From contig PJFB01000006.1 in NCBI GenBank assembly GCA_003574895.1, positions 127,212-191,211 on the forward strand: DNA of 64,000 bases, written 5' to 3'. The position numbers and the translations under genes are program-made. Source of the stretch: Geobacter sp. (GTDB taxonomy: Bacteria > Desulfobacterota > Desulfuromonadia > Geobacterales > Pseudopelobacteraceae). The notes under the pieces are model-generated. The model ran no database searches and had not been told where the DNA came from. It saw only the letters and a program-made list of their open reading frames with translations. Below are positions 29,474-39,024 of this stretch, piece after piece. Every line of letters starts with the position of its first letter. Positions within the stretch are counted from its first letter, which is position 1.

Positions 29474-30703
29474 TTATCCCCCTTCACCGGGTTTACGCCA
29501 GTTAAAGGCTCGCAATTGCAAGCCAGGCACCGTATCGGGGCTGATACCTATGGATGCGAGCATCTCCGCCGCCGACCACATATCAAGAACCTCGATATGC
29601 TCCATTACTTTGAGAAGATTGCCATAATGTCCGGTGCGGTCAATCAGGGCAGCGGCAATCTCCTCGTTGAGATTCAGGTTTGCGATGATGTCTTCGATGG
29701 CAATGTTGTAGATGCTTTCCATCAGGGAGAGGATACCGGTCATAAAGGCCCGTTCCGCGGATTCTTCTTCCAGCCGCAGGTGAGGATGAACAAAGGCCAA
29801 CTGTTCCATGAATCCGGCCCTGGTGGCGGCCAGGTCAACCAAAGGGTGGTCAAAGGCATCATCGCCATCGGCGGCAAACAGCGCCAGTTGCACCCAGCGC
29901 TTGATCTGCACCCGCCCGGTCATTGCAATGGCGTGTCGCAACCCCTGAATCTTGTGGCGATGCCCGAAGGCCACCGAGTTGACCAGCATCAATAGCTTGT
30001 ATGTCAACGTTGGGCTGCCACGGAAGGCCTGTTCCAAATCCTCGACGTTGGCATCCTCTGCCAAAAGGCGCATCAACTTGAGGAGTGTCGCCGCATGCTC
30101 GTCCATTTTCCTTTTCTTGAGGACGTCCGGGCGGGCAAAATAATAACCCTGAAAATAGTCGAAACCAAGGGCATGGCAAGCCCTGAACAGCTCGATACTC
30201 TCGACCTTCTCGGCCAGCAGCTTACAAGGATAAGGGCGCAGAAATCCGATGATTTCGGGAAGCGATTCCAGCGGTGTCAGGAGCAGGTCAATTTTGACAA
30301 TATCCACAATGGCATATAATTCGGCAAAATCCGGACTGTACTGATGATCATCCAGAGCCAGGACGAATCCGGCTTCCTTGAGCAACAGACACCGCTCCAC
30401 CAGGGCCGGTGAAGGCTCGATAGACTCCAGTAGTTCTATGACGATATGTTCCGGCGGCAGCAACTCCAGAACTTCGTCCATCAGCATGTCTAAATCGACA
30501 TTTATGAATCCCTTCCGACCGGCCAGAAGATCCATGATACCGAACGATGCAAGCGTATTGATGATCACATTGGCTGTGGACCGGCCGGAATCCCGAATGT
30601 CGGCAGCATTGACATCGGTGGAGCGGAAGAGCAGTTCGTAGCCGTAGAGATGCTCGTTCCGGTCCATTATCGGTTGCCGACCTATCAGGCAGTTTTCACT
30701 CAC
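29474..30703 (-). CDS. EAL-domain plus HDOD-domain protein (c-di-GMP phosphodiesterase-like signalling protein)
   Basis: EAL signature ELLFR, DDFGTG-like region, and a C-terminal HDOD region. Confidence 0.7.
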   Translation of the reverse strand: MSENCLIGRQPIMDRNEHLYGYELLFRSTDVNAADIRDSGRSTANVIINTLASFGIMDLLAGRKGFINVDLDMLMDEVLELLPPEHIVIELLESIEPSPALVERCLLLKEAGFVLALDDHQYSPDFAELYAIVDIVKIDLLLTPLESLPEIIGFLRPYPCKLLAEKVESIELFRACHALGFDYFQGYYFARPDVLKKRKMDEHAATLLKLMRLLAEDANVEDLEQAFRGSPTLTYKLLMLVNSVAFGHRHKIQGLRHAIAMTGRVQIKRWVQLALFAADGDDAFDHPLVDLAATRAGFMEQLAFVHPHLRLEEESAERAFMTGILSLMESIYNIAIEDIIANLNLNEEIAAALIDRTGHYGNLLKVMEHIEVLDMWSAAEMLASIGISPDTVPGLQLRAFNWRKPGEGG

Positions 30704-30748
30704 TCTTCAACTCCTGCTGCCAATTGAATTCGGCGCTGATTTTGCGGG

Positions 30749-33259
30749 CTATTCCGCATGTTTTTCCGGGGCCGATGCTGCAGGTTTCTTAAGGAGTGCC
30801 GGGATATCCACCCCGGGCAGGAGCTTGGTCAGCATCCCCATCAGACCATCGGCGGCACTGCCGCCGCCCGTCACCAGGACATCGGGGACAACCTTGATCC
30901 TGCCGTTTTCTATGGCAGCCGCAATCAGCTCCACGATCTTGATCTGCTTGATGGCCTCTTCGCCAATGGCCTCCTGCTGCTTGTTGTAGGCCTGGGCGGT
31001 GGCATCGCCGATGGCGGCGATCTTGGAGGCCTCGCCATCGCCGATGGCCTTCAGCCGCTTACCTTCGCCGCTCCCTTCCAACGCCTTGGCCTCTGCCGTG
31101 CCTTCGGCCAGGGTGATCATCTCGGTCTTTTTCTGGGTCGCCACCTTCACGGCAATTTCCGAGGCAACCAGCGTGGGCTGCTGGTCGGCCGTGGCGCGCA
31201 TCTTCTCCATCTCGGTCCGCTCGGCCTGGGACCGCTGCTCCATTTTGTACATCTCCTGCTGCTGCTCGGCGATGATCCGCTTGGTCTGGGTCTGCATCAG
31301 ATCCTCGGGCAAGCGGATCTGGCAAATCAGGACCGACACGCACTCCACATGATACCGTTCAAGGTCGGCCCGGGCCCGGGCCTCTGCCTTGGCCTGCTCC
31401 TCCGAGCGGCTCTGGAGGAAGTTCATGGCCGAGGCGGTGGAGGCTTGGTTCCGGAACGATGAGTCGATCATGGGATGGATGACATGCTGGATCAGGTTGT
31501 CGATGGAACCGACCTTGGCCACCATGTAGGGAGCCTGGTCCGGCCGGACGCGGATCACGACCTTGACGGCAACCTGGATCGGGAAGCCATCCTTGGATAT
31601 GACGGTCAGCTGGTCGAAACGGGTATCCTCCTGGTCGTCCCAATCGATGGTGATGTTGGTAGTGTCGATGATATAGACCATGAAGGCCCTGCGGTTGAGA
31701 TAATAACGGCCCGGCCCGGCGACCTCCTCCTGGATGCCCCGGAACCCCTTGGGCACGACATATTTTTCTTTCCCCTCTTCCTCCGAAGCACCGGCCTGGG
31801 TCGAACCGAGACGTTTTTTCATCTCCTCGGTCGGGTCGTCGCCGACGTTCGACACCACCACCCCGACCTGGCCGCGCTCGATGACCGCGACATTATCGAT
31901 TTCCACGCTGAACATGAAGGGGTTGATGTAATAGGTGCCTGGCCGCAGCACATCCAGCTGGGGGCCCCGTTGCCCCTGTTTGGTCAGAAAGGCGGAGCCG
32001 TCCTGGTAATCGTTATGGCCGGTGATGGGCGAGGCGACATATTCCCGCTCCGGTAGCGGGATGCCGTCCAGGGCCGTCACTAGACCGACCTTGTTGGCCT
32101 CGATGACCACGGCGGGCGCGATCTGGATCTGAAACAGGTTCAGGTTGATGCGATAGGTACCGGGCAGCAGGACATCGATCTGGGGTCCCTTCTGACCGCC
32201 ATTCTTCAGGAACGCCTCGCCGTTCTCGTAATTGGAGTGTCCCGCCACGCTCTGCGCCAGGAGCCTGCCCATCGGTATGGGCGCCCCATCCTGGGCGGTG
32301 ACCATGCCGACCTCTCCCTTGGCGATCACCACGGCCGCTGCCTTGGTGATCTTGAACAGGTTCGGGTGGATACGGTAGACGCCCGGCGGCAGGATCTCGG
32401 TCTGGGGCCCCTTCTGGCCGCCATTCCTGATGAAATCCTGGCCCGACTGGAAGGAATTGTGGCCGGTCACCACATTGGCAAAGATGCGGCCGGCCGGAAT
32501 GGCCGAACCATCGGCAGACTCCACCAGCCCGATTTCCCCTTCGCTGATCTTGGTGGCCGCGCCCTTGGTGACCTTGAACAGATAGGGATTGATGCGGTAG
32601 TTGCCCGGAGGTATGATTTCTATCTGGGGCCCCTTCTGGCCACCGTTCTTGATAAAGGCTTCACCGTTCTGGAATGATGAGTGGCCTTCCACTGCCTGGG
32701 CAAAGATCTTGCCTTCGGGGATGGCGATGCCATCCACCGATTCCACGAAACCGATCTCGAAATCCTTGATTTCGGTAACGCTCCCCTTGGTCAGCTTGAA
32801 CAGATAGGGATTGATGCGGTATTTGCCCGGAGGCAGCACCTCGATCTGGGGCCCCTTCTGGCCGCCGTTCCTGATGAATGCCTCGCCATCCTGAAAGGAG
32901 TTGTGTCCGGCCACAACCGCGGCAAAGATGTTCCCGGCCGGGATGGAGGAGCCATCAACCGACTCGATCAGGCCGATCTCGTTTTCCAGTATCTCGGTAA
33001 AAACGCTTTTAGTTGCCTTGTAGATGAACGGAATCAGGAAATGCAGTCCCGGGCCGAGGGTCCGGGCCTGGATGCCGACTTCATTGCCAAGGGCCACAAC
33101 CCGCCCCTGGGGCATCTTGCTGCCGAACCACCGGCGCTCGATCAGGGCAATCTCATTGCCGCCCACTATGACCACCGACTCATAGATGAGGATGGCAGCA
33201 GGGACCAGCAGGGCAAGATACCCCCAATACTTCATTGCATACTCAAGAAACATAAACAC
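30749..33259 (-). CDS. SPFH/band-7 (flotillin/YqiK-like) protein with six tandem ~64-aa repeats inserted after the first SPFH beta-segment
   Basis: N-terminal TM helix and SPFH start (LGPGLHFLIPF). Repeats follow the pattern GHxxFQxGxxFxxNGGQKGPQxxxLPPGxYRINPxLF-x-EIGxVxxxDGxxIP. A C-terminal SPFH core and Ala/Glu/Lys-rich coiled coil follow. Confidence 0.75.
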   Translation of the reverse strand: MFMFLEYAMKYWGYLALLVPAAILIYESVVIVGGNEIALIERRWFGSKMPQGRVVALGNEVGIQARTLGPGLHFLIPFIYKATKSVFTEILENEIGLIESVDGSSIPAGNIFAAVVAGHNSFQDGEAFIRNGGQKGPQIEVLPPGKYRINPYLFKLTKGSVTEIKDFEIGFVESVDGIAIPEGKIFAQAVEGHSSFQNGEAFIKNGGQKGPQIEIIPPGNYRINPYLFKVTKGAATKISEGEIGLVESADGSAIPAGRIFANVVTGHNSFQSGQDFIRNGGQKGPQTEILPPGVYRIHPNLFKITKAAAVVIAKGEVGMVTAQDGAPIPMGRLLAQSVAGHSNYENGEAFLKNGGQKGPQIDVLLPGTYRINLNLFQIQIAPAVVIEANKVGLVTALDGIPLPEREYVASPITGHNDYQDGSAFLTKQGQRGPQLDVLRPGTYYINPFMFSVEIDNVAVIERGQVGVVVSNVGDDPTEEMKKRLGSTQAGASEEEGKEKYVVPKGFRGIQEEVAGPGRYYLNRRAFMVYIIDTTNITIDWDDQEDTRFDQLTVISKDGFPIQVAVKVVIRVRPDQAPYMVAKVGSIDNLIQHVIHPMIDSSFRNQASTASAMNFLQSRSEEQAKAEARARADLERYHVECVSVLICQIRLPEDLMQTQTKRIIAEQQQEMYKMEQRSQAERTEMEKMRATADQQPTLVASEIAVKVATQKKTEMITLAEGTAEAKALEGSGEGKRLKAIGDGEASKIAAIGDATAQAYNKQQEAIGEEAIKQIKIVELIAAAIENGRIKVVPDVLVTGGGSAADGLMGMLTKLLPGVDIPALLKKPAASAPEKHAE

Positions 33260-33368
33260 CCCTTTCGTGTAGCTGAAACCGGCAAATGACCTGGATCATA
33301 GAAATTACGACATAACCACCGACTCTTTAGGGATATGGAAATTGTCAATATACCGATTATCTACGTAG

Positions 33369-33394
33369 GGGCGAAGCAAGAGCTTCGCCCTTTT
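33369..33394 (+). terminator. Terminator-like hairpin with U-tract on the plus strand (no annotated plus-strand gene upstream)
   Basis: GGGCGAAGC-aaga-GCTTCGCCC followed by TTTT. Also embedded in a longer GTAGGGGC...GCCCCTAC inverted repeat. Confidence 0.35.
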
Positions 33395-33473
33395 GCCACA
33401 GAGATCAAAGGCGGGCAAAGCAGATAAAACTTGCTTGGCCCCTACATGACAATCAAAAACGGCCAATCGGTGT

Positions 33474-33932
33474 TTAATGACTCTTCGCGTCCACGGAACC
33501 GGCGGATTGGGACCAGGCCCGCAGGGCCGAACGATCAGCCTCGGTCAGCCTGGCTGCCGGATGTGCCGGACGATAAAGCAACGGCGGCATATCGCCCTGT
33601 TCAACCTTCTCCCAGCACTCATCAAAGGCTTTAAGCTGCTCTTCCCTTGTCCTGCGATTCCAGGTCGAAAAGTTCATGTCCGCGCGGCCTTCATGGACAT
33701 CGCTGGCAACCAGCCACGAAACAGGCGCGATCCGGCTGTACCATGGCCAGACAGTCTCATTGGAGTGACAGTCGTAACAGGCCCGCCGCAGGATGGACCG
33801 CACCGCCGCAGGGGCAGGAACCTCCGACTCGACCGGAGGATTCGTCCGATCCACCGGCACAAGCTGAATCGCCAAAAGCACAAAGACAACCCCGGCAATC
33901 GACCGTTTCGTCACAATTCCGCTGTATTTCAT
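33474..33932 (-). CDS. Heme-binding-domain protein (single CXXCH, Haem_bd-like)
   Basis: Signal/TM segment. CYDCH motif followed by WPWY...IAPVSW...D. Short single-heme domain. Confidence 0.6.
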   Translation of the reverse strand: MKYSGIVTKRSIAGVVFVLLAIQLVPVDRTNPPVESEVPAPAAVRSILRRACYDCHSNETVWPWYSRIAPVSWLVASDVHEGRADMNFSTWNRRTREEQLKAFDECWEKVEQGDMPPLLYRPAHPAARLTEADRSALRAWSQSAGSVDAKSH

Positions 33933-34008
33933 GTAAATCATCCTTTCTGTCTACGCTGCAGGAGAAATAACTCTCCTTACCGACTTCCCGCTGTGGGAAT
34001 CCCCTTTT

Positions 34009-34209
34009 TTATTGCCGATATCCCGACCGGATAAACCTGAATGTCGCCAGAAACAGCACGACACCCACGAGCAGCCAGGCAGACAGGCTCCCTGACCTGA
34101 CAATGAAGCATATGAAAATGATAGAAATGATGGCCAGGGACACGAGATGCCCCTTGAAAACCTTCTGCCAGATTTTCTTATTCAGTTGGTCCATGGATGC
34201 TTTCCTCAA
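34009..34209 (-). CDS. Small (66 aa) two-TM membrane protein
   Basis: Two hydrophobic helices in an AT-rich gene. Confidence 0.3.
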   Translation of the reverse strand: MRKASMDQLNKKIWQKVFKGHLVSLAIISIIFICFIVRSGSLSAWLLVGVVLFLATFRFIRSGYRQ

Positions 34210-34215
34210 CTTCCA

Positions 34216-34644
34216 CTATTTTACTTTTTTTGTTGCATAGATTTCGTGCCAATTATTCTTGTTGGGCTCAACCAGGATCGTTTTCTTCCCTGAATAGTCG
34301 GGTGAATCGATTTCTATGCTGTAATAATCATTCGCATACAATCCTGTCATATTGAACTCGCCTCGATTATCCGTGTCGGCACTTGAGACAGGATACGTCT
34401 GGTCACCCTTTATAAGCAGGATGTGCGCGTTCCTTAAAGGCGTGATGCGATCCTCCAGAAAAACTGCGCCGCAAATGTAAGTCGGGCAGCCATCGGCAAC
34501 GACAAACACGTCCAAGACGCTTAATTTGGCTTTATAATCAGAATTGCCGATTTTTTTAAAAACGCCATCGCCTCTGTATAAACAGCCTGTCATCATCAAG
34601 CAGCAAAACCAACTGAAGCAAATAACCGCAAATCTTATTTTCAT
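34216..34644 (-). CDS. Lipoprotein with carboxypeptidase-regulatory-like beta-sandwich features
   Basis: Lipobox LMMTGC. Motif VSSADTDNRGEF...GLYANDYYSIEI resembles the CarboxypepD_reg pattern. AT-rich. Confidence 0.45.
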   Translation of the reverse strand: MKIRFAVICFSWFCCLMMTGCLYRGDGVFKKIGNSDYKAKLSVLDVFVVADGCPTYICGAVFLEDRITPLRNAHILLIKGDQTYPVSSADTDNRGEFNMTGLYANDYYSIEIDSPDYSGKKTILVEPNKNNWHEIYATKKVK

Positions 34645-34653
34645 TGTCCCTCT

Positions 34654-35505
34654 TTATTCGCCAGGCCTGGTGGGCTCCAGCAGTTCATTGGGCCGGTTCG
34701 GGTTTCTGTATCCCCCTGCGGCGGCGTCGTAATTGTTCAACGGCATGTCAAAGACCTCCCCTGTCTTGGGGTCCTTCACCCTTTCCTGCCCCATGATCCC
34801 CTCACGGGTCTTCTTGCTGATGCGAGCCCTTGATTCGTCCCGCAGGCGGCCGGATTCGAGAATCCCGCTGTTGTCGAGGGGACGGTTCCTGACCGGTATC
34901 AACGTATCGTTCCCGGCTATCTGGCGCGGGTTGATGATGGCGATGCGGTTGGAAATGGCTGGCAGGTATGCCTTTGAGCTGGGCCACAGCGCGGCACTTG
35001 CCTGATAACCGTTCAGGGAGGCGTCGTAGATGCCGAAATAGTTGTTGATGCCGCACGTCCAGAAGGCGCGGAAAGGCTTGCCGTTCACCTTGTAGCTCAT
35101 TTCGGCCTCGATCACCCTCCAGGTTGTTCCGGGAATGCCGGATTTCTGGTCAGGCAACCGTTTCGAGGAGAGCACCTTGAAGTCGGTGTAACCGGGCATT
35201 CGCGAAAGCATGAACTGCAGAAACTGCAGCGGAGTGGCCTCTCCCTGGGACCTGAGAAGGATGGCATACATGACGGCCTCGCTGCCGGTGGGAGAAGTAA
35301 GAGTGAGGCCGTTGGTGCTTTCTGACGACTTCCACTCTGCCGGTGCGGCCCAGCTGAAATATCGTCCCCGGTGGGAAGAGAAATGCTGTGCCTGCTTCTG
35401 TACCTGCCGCTTTGTCTCCTTGCGGTCACCTGCTCCGGCGACACCGCTGGCGAGGCAGCAAGATACGGATATCAATAGTATCAAGGGTCGAAATTTGGTC
35501 AGCAT
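34654..35505 (-). CDS. Secreted hypothetical protein
   Basis: Signal peptide (LILLISVSCCLASGVAGA). No recognisable domain. Confidence 0.45.
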   Translation of the reverse strand: MLTKFRPLILLISVSCCLASGVAGAGDRKETKRQVQKQAQHFSSHRGRYFSWAAPAEWKSSESTNGLTLTSPTGSEAVMYAILLRSQGEATPLQFLQFMLSRMPGYTDFKVLSSKRLPDQKSGIPGTTWRVIEAEMSYKVNGKPFRAFWTCGINNYFGIYDASLNGYQASAALWPSSKAYLPAISNRIAIINPRQIAGNDTLIPVRNRPLDNSGILESGRLRDESRARISKKTREGIMGQERVKDPKTGEVFDMPLNNYDAAAGGYRNPNRPNELLEPTRPGE

Positions 35506-35601
35506 CCATCCCTCCATGCCATGCCAAGGGCAGGCAGACATATCTACAGTGATCATAAATCCTCTCCCCTTGAGGGGGGGAGGACGGTGTTAAGGAATTA
35601 C

Positions 35602-36042
35602 CTAAACGGACGTTACTGATTTTTTAGCTATGATTGCCACCGTAAGCCTGGAGATGCAGGCCAGCTTGTCCTGCTCGTTGTAAATCCTGGTTTCCCATAT
35701 CTGCGTGGTGCCGCCGACATGGATCGGCTTTGTGACGCCGGTTACCCAGCCTTCCCTTACGGAGCGTATGTGGTTTGCGTTTATTTCGAGCCCGACAACC
35801 TCTTTCTTTTCGCTGTCCAGGCATAACGTCGCCGCAATGCTTCCCAAAGTCTCGGCCAGGGAGACCGAAGCCCCGCCGTGGAGCAGCCCGGCCGGCTGTT
35901 TTGTCCTGGCATCTACCGGCATCCGGGCTTTCAGATAATCATCGCCAATCTCCAGATATTCGATCCCAAGATGTTCCATCAAGGTATCTTTCGATCTCTC
36001 TTTAAGCTGCTCCAAGGTTGTATGGGTTTTCCATAGGGCCAT
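35602..36042 (-). CDS. PaaI/YdiI-family hotdog-fold thioesterase
   Basis: LHGGASVSLAETLGS motif and a ~145-aa length. Confidence 0.75.
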   Translation of the reverse strand: MALWKTHTTLEQLKERSKDTLMEHLGIEYLEIGDDYLKARMPVDARTKQPAGLLHGGASVSLAETLGSIAATLCLDSEKKEVVGLEINANHIRSVREGWVTGVTKPIHVGGTTQIWETRIYNEQDKLACISRLTVAIIAKKSVTSV

Positions 36043-36086
36043 CGTTACGTTCCTGTGTAATGCATTGTTTTTTCAGAACCGGACTC

Positions 36087-36340
36087 ACGCGACGGCGCGG
36101 CGCAAATCATAAATATTCTTCGGGGGTAACTATTCAGCTCACATAAAACCCATTTAATTTAACAGGGATGAAGGCGGTACAGGGGATAACGTCAAAATCA
36201 AAACATTTCTTTTGGCCAAACAGAAAACTGAAAAACGGCTTTAAGGTGTTATCCCTTTAGGCCCCTTCATCCCGTTCATCCCTGTAAAAAGCCTTTTGGT
36301 TTAAGTTCTATGCTTTGCCTTTCGTTGCGTCGTCGCGTGA
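36087..36340. repeat. Second MITE-like element with the same GC-rich terminal inverted repeats (TCACGCGACGGCGCG ... CGTCGTCGCGTGA) and nested internal inverted repeats
   Basis: The ends match the 10580..10783 element. Internal inverted-repeat pairs: CAGGGATGAAGG / CCTTCATCCC and GGGGATAACG / GTTATCCC. Confidence 0.35.
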
Positions 36341-36424
36341 AACGAATTTTGCTTTTCCAAAATGGAACCGGCTGCTTTTAAATTTTACCGCCAAAAAGCA
36401 GCTTGTCCCTGTTATAAAAAACTT

Positions 36425-36835
36425 TCATTGCCAGCGGATAACACCGGCTTTAGTTTCTATGACATGGGGAAAATCGCCCAGAAAATCCATCCCGAGCAGC
36501 CCGGTTTCCTCGTTGCCGGCTCTCGGCATTATTTGCACGTTCAAGTTGCGCTTTGCCTTTGGGCCCACCGTCGCATTTTCGACAACCACATGGGCAGTCC
36601 GGACAACCCTGCCATCGGCAAGGCTGGCGGCTCCCACGGTTGTCTCCGCGGCCTGGACGTCCAGCCGCCGGGCAAGTGCCGGCGAAATCGAGGTGCTGGT
36701 TGCCCCGGTGTCCAACAGCAACAGGGCTGTTACGGTTCTTCCTTTATGAACAAATGTTACCGGCACCCAGATCTGGTTATTGTGCACCCTGACCATTGTG
36801 CGTTGCTGGCCGTACACGCCGGGCGACATTTTCAT
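36425..36835 (-). CDS. Retropepsin-like (clan AA) aspartic protease domain protein
   Basis: Active-site motif LLLDTGATST in a ~130-aa protein, typical of bacterial retropepsin-like proteases. Confidence 0.65.
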   Translation of the reverse strand: MKMSPGVYGQQRTMVRVHNNQIWVPVTFVHKGRTVTALLLLDTGATSTSISPALARRLDVQAAETTVGAASLADGRVVRTAHVVVENATVGPKAKRNLNVQIMPRAGNEETGLLGMDFLGDFPHVIETKAGVIRWQ

Positions 36836-36878
36836 CTTCGCCCTGAACTTTGCCGGGACTTTTCCCAGATCGTCAAAT

Positions 36879-37379
36879 TTACTCAGCTTTACTTTTGGAT
36901 AACTCTATTTCGTTTTTCATTTCCTGTTCAATTTGTTCAAGCTTACTCAATAAGGCAGGAATTCTATTTTGTACCAAATTAAACATTTGTTGTGTCAACT
37001 CTGGCATTCTATTGATAAATTTAATTCCAACCGGCGATTTGTAGAACTTGGTCAATTCATTAATTTCATTTTCAGAGTAAACATTCATATAAGCAGACGC
37101 CATATCGTCTTTTATTTTCATCCATGAAAGTTCGCTCTTCGTAATATTCCATATTTTATTTTGGTACTTTGCCATTATTGGTTTTGCATCCTCTGGTAAA
37201 TCCATTTGTTTGAATTGCTGTTCTATCATTGACTCCATTTGTGAATACATAGAATCGATCATCTTTTCAGCATTGCTTGCCTGGAACATCTTTTCTACTG
37301 CGGCTCTGTGTGAAGTTTCGGATGCTTGCGCAATAGAGCAAATTGCCAACAAAGCTAAAATTAAAATTGCCCTGTACAT
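36879..37379 (-). CDS. DUF2059-like secreted protein
   Basis: Signal peptide. Helical composition and length fit DUF2059. GC is only ~36%. Confidence 0.5.
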   Translation of the reverse strand: MYRAILILALLAICSIAQASETSHRAAVEKMFQASNAEKMIDSMYSQMESMIEQQFKQMDLPEDAKPIMAKYQNKIWNITKSELSWMKIKDDMASAYMNVYSENEINELTKFYKSPVGIKFINRMPELTQQMFNLVQNRIPALLSKLEQIEQEMKNEIELSKSKAE

Positions 37380-37526
37380 TTTTCCCCCTTATCCGACCAT
37401 TATTAAAAATCCATACTTAACCACCATATCCACATTGGCTTAAACATTTTTCATTGCCAAAAGTGCAGGTAGACATTTATGGGCGTCTGGCTAGTAAAAA
37501 GCAGACTGATCCCTTTATTAATCCCT

Positions 37527-38183
37527 CTAACACTCCTTTACCGCCGCCTCGTACTGCTGGATGATAATCAACTGCCCCAGTGGAATGCTGAGAATGATGC
37601 CGATGATGAGCAGCACGAAGCCTGCACAGGCGATCACGCTACCCACCAGGTAGGCCAGCAGCCAGTTGACGAAATCTGCCTGAATCGTCTTCAGGCACCA
37701 CTTGTAGGCGTCCATGACCCCCTTACCCCTGTCGATGATCAGGAAACTGGCCGGCATCACCACGAACCCCAGGACCAGGGAGGCCAGCGGGCCCAGGATC
37801 GGGACGAAGTGCAAGATGAAATAGGCGAGCAGGTTGATGAGGACGAAGCCCAGCAGGTTGCCGAAGCAGTCCCAGGCGCCGAAGATATCACCCACCGCGG
37901 CCCTGCCCTCGCCCCTGGACACCTTGAGGAGCGAGCGCGTATAACCGGCGATGAAGCCCACGTTTGCGATCGGTATCCAGACCACCACCATGAAGACCAG
38001 GGTCACAAGGACCAGGTTGCCCATATCCCCCTTCCAGAGTTCAAAGGCCCGGCCGAACATGGCGCCGAAGTCGTTCCGCCCACCTGTCTCCAGCACAATC
38101 GGCGGGGCGTTGAGCATGGAGCCGCAGTGCTTGCACTTCAGCGCGCCGTCGATGATCTCTTCCTTGCAGTATGGGCATTGCAT
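37527..38183 (-). CDS. N-terminal zinc-ribbon plus multi-TM membrane protein (DUF975/GPDPase_memb-like)
   Basis: CPYC-x11-CKHC zinc ribbon, then AFELWKGNMGNLVLVTLV and four to five TM helices. GC-rich. Confidence 0.55.
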   Translation of the reverse strand: MQCPYCKEEIIDGALKCKHCGSMLNAPPIVLETGGRNDFGAMFGRAFELWKGDMGNLVLVTLVFMVVVWIPIANVGFIAGYTRSLLKVSRGEGRAAVGDIFGAWDCFGNLLGFVLINLLAYFILHFVPILGPLASLVLGFVVMPASFLIIDRGKGVMDAYKWCLKTIQADFVNWLLAYLVGSVIACAGFVLLIIGIILSIPLGQLIIIQQYEAAVKEC

Positions 38184-38426
38184 CGCTGCCTCCTATGGCA
38201 AAAGCGGGAAAGTTTCCAGGCTGAGTTATGTCAGAGTCGGGATAACAGCCGCCGGTTTACTCTCACATTATTAGAAGCCTTGTTTTGCCAGCAAAATATG
38301 GTTCTAAGGCCATAAGCAGGGCTGTTTTCATAAATCCAGGAAAGACATCTGGGGGCAGGGTGACACAATTCATATTTCAGAGTTAATCCCGTGGAATGTG
38401 TAGCCCTGACCCCTCCGGTGTGTTCT

Positions 38427-38867
38427 TCACTCGGTGATCTCTGCAATCAGTTTACCTTGGTAGTACATCCGGGCAGGCAGTTGCAACTTCTCATTCATGT
38501 AGTAGCTCTGTTGTAATCGCGCTCCGCTGATGATGAGAAAAACCCGAGGAGTGACCAGAATATCCGGAAAGACCCGTATCGCGAGCGCTTCGACTTGGTG
38601 CCCATCGGCCCGAACAAATGATAGCTGCTGAGGGTCAAACGGCGCTGCCGTTGCAGCAATGTTCTCAATCTCAATTTCCATCTTTGGCATTCCGAAAGGA
38701 GACGCGCCGATACTGATATCTGTGATCGTTAGCTTGAGATCGCCTGCTACGATGGCCGTTTTTGAGAACTCGGACTTGTGAATCCGTAAGGGCGCCTGGG
38801 CAGCGGCACCAACACAGCAAGTTAACAAAATTACACTAATACCGAAGACAATCACTTTCCCTATCAT
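38427..38867 (-). CDS. Secreted hypothetical protein
   Basis: Signal peptide (VILLTCCVGAAAQA). No recognisable domain. Confidence 0.4.
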   Translation of the reverse strand: MIGKVIVFGISVILLTCCVGAAAQAPLRIHKSEFSKTAIVAGDLKLTITDISIGASPFGMPKMEIEIENIAATAAPFDPQQLSFVRADGHQVEALAIRVFPDILVTPRVFLIISGARLQQSYYMNEKLQLPARMYYQGKLIAEITE

Positions 38868-39024
38868 ATTACCTCCAATTTTTGCTTGCTATCCCAACCT
38901 CGAATCCTGGGGGAACGGGCATGGCTTTGATCTGCCGGGTTTTCGTACAGGTCCTAAGCCTTGTTGAGTCTCGCCTTTCACTTTAGTCTCGTATCCAACC
39001 CATCAGATTGTGACAATATTGTCC

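Noticed and set aside
31475-32677. Plus-strand ORFs opposite the SPFH repeat region
   Set aside because: They lie antisense to a gene with strong periodic repeat structure and recognisable SPFH motifs. Composition is Asp/Gly/His-rich nonsense.
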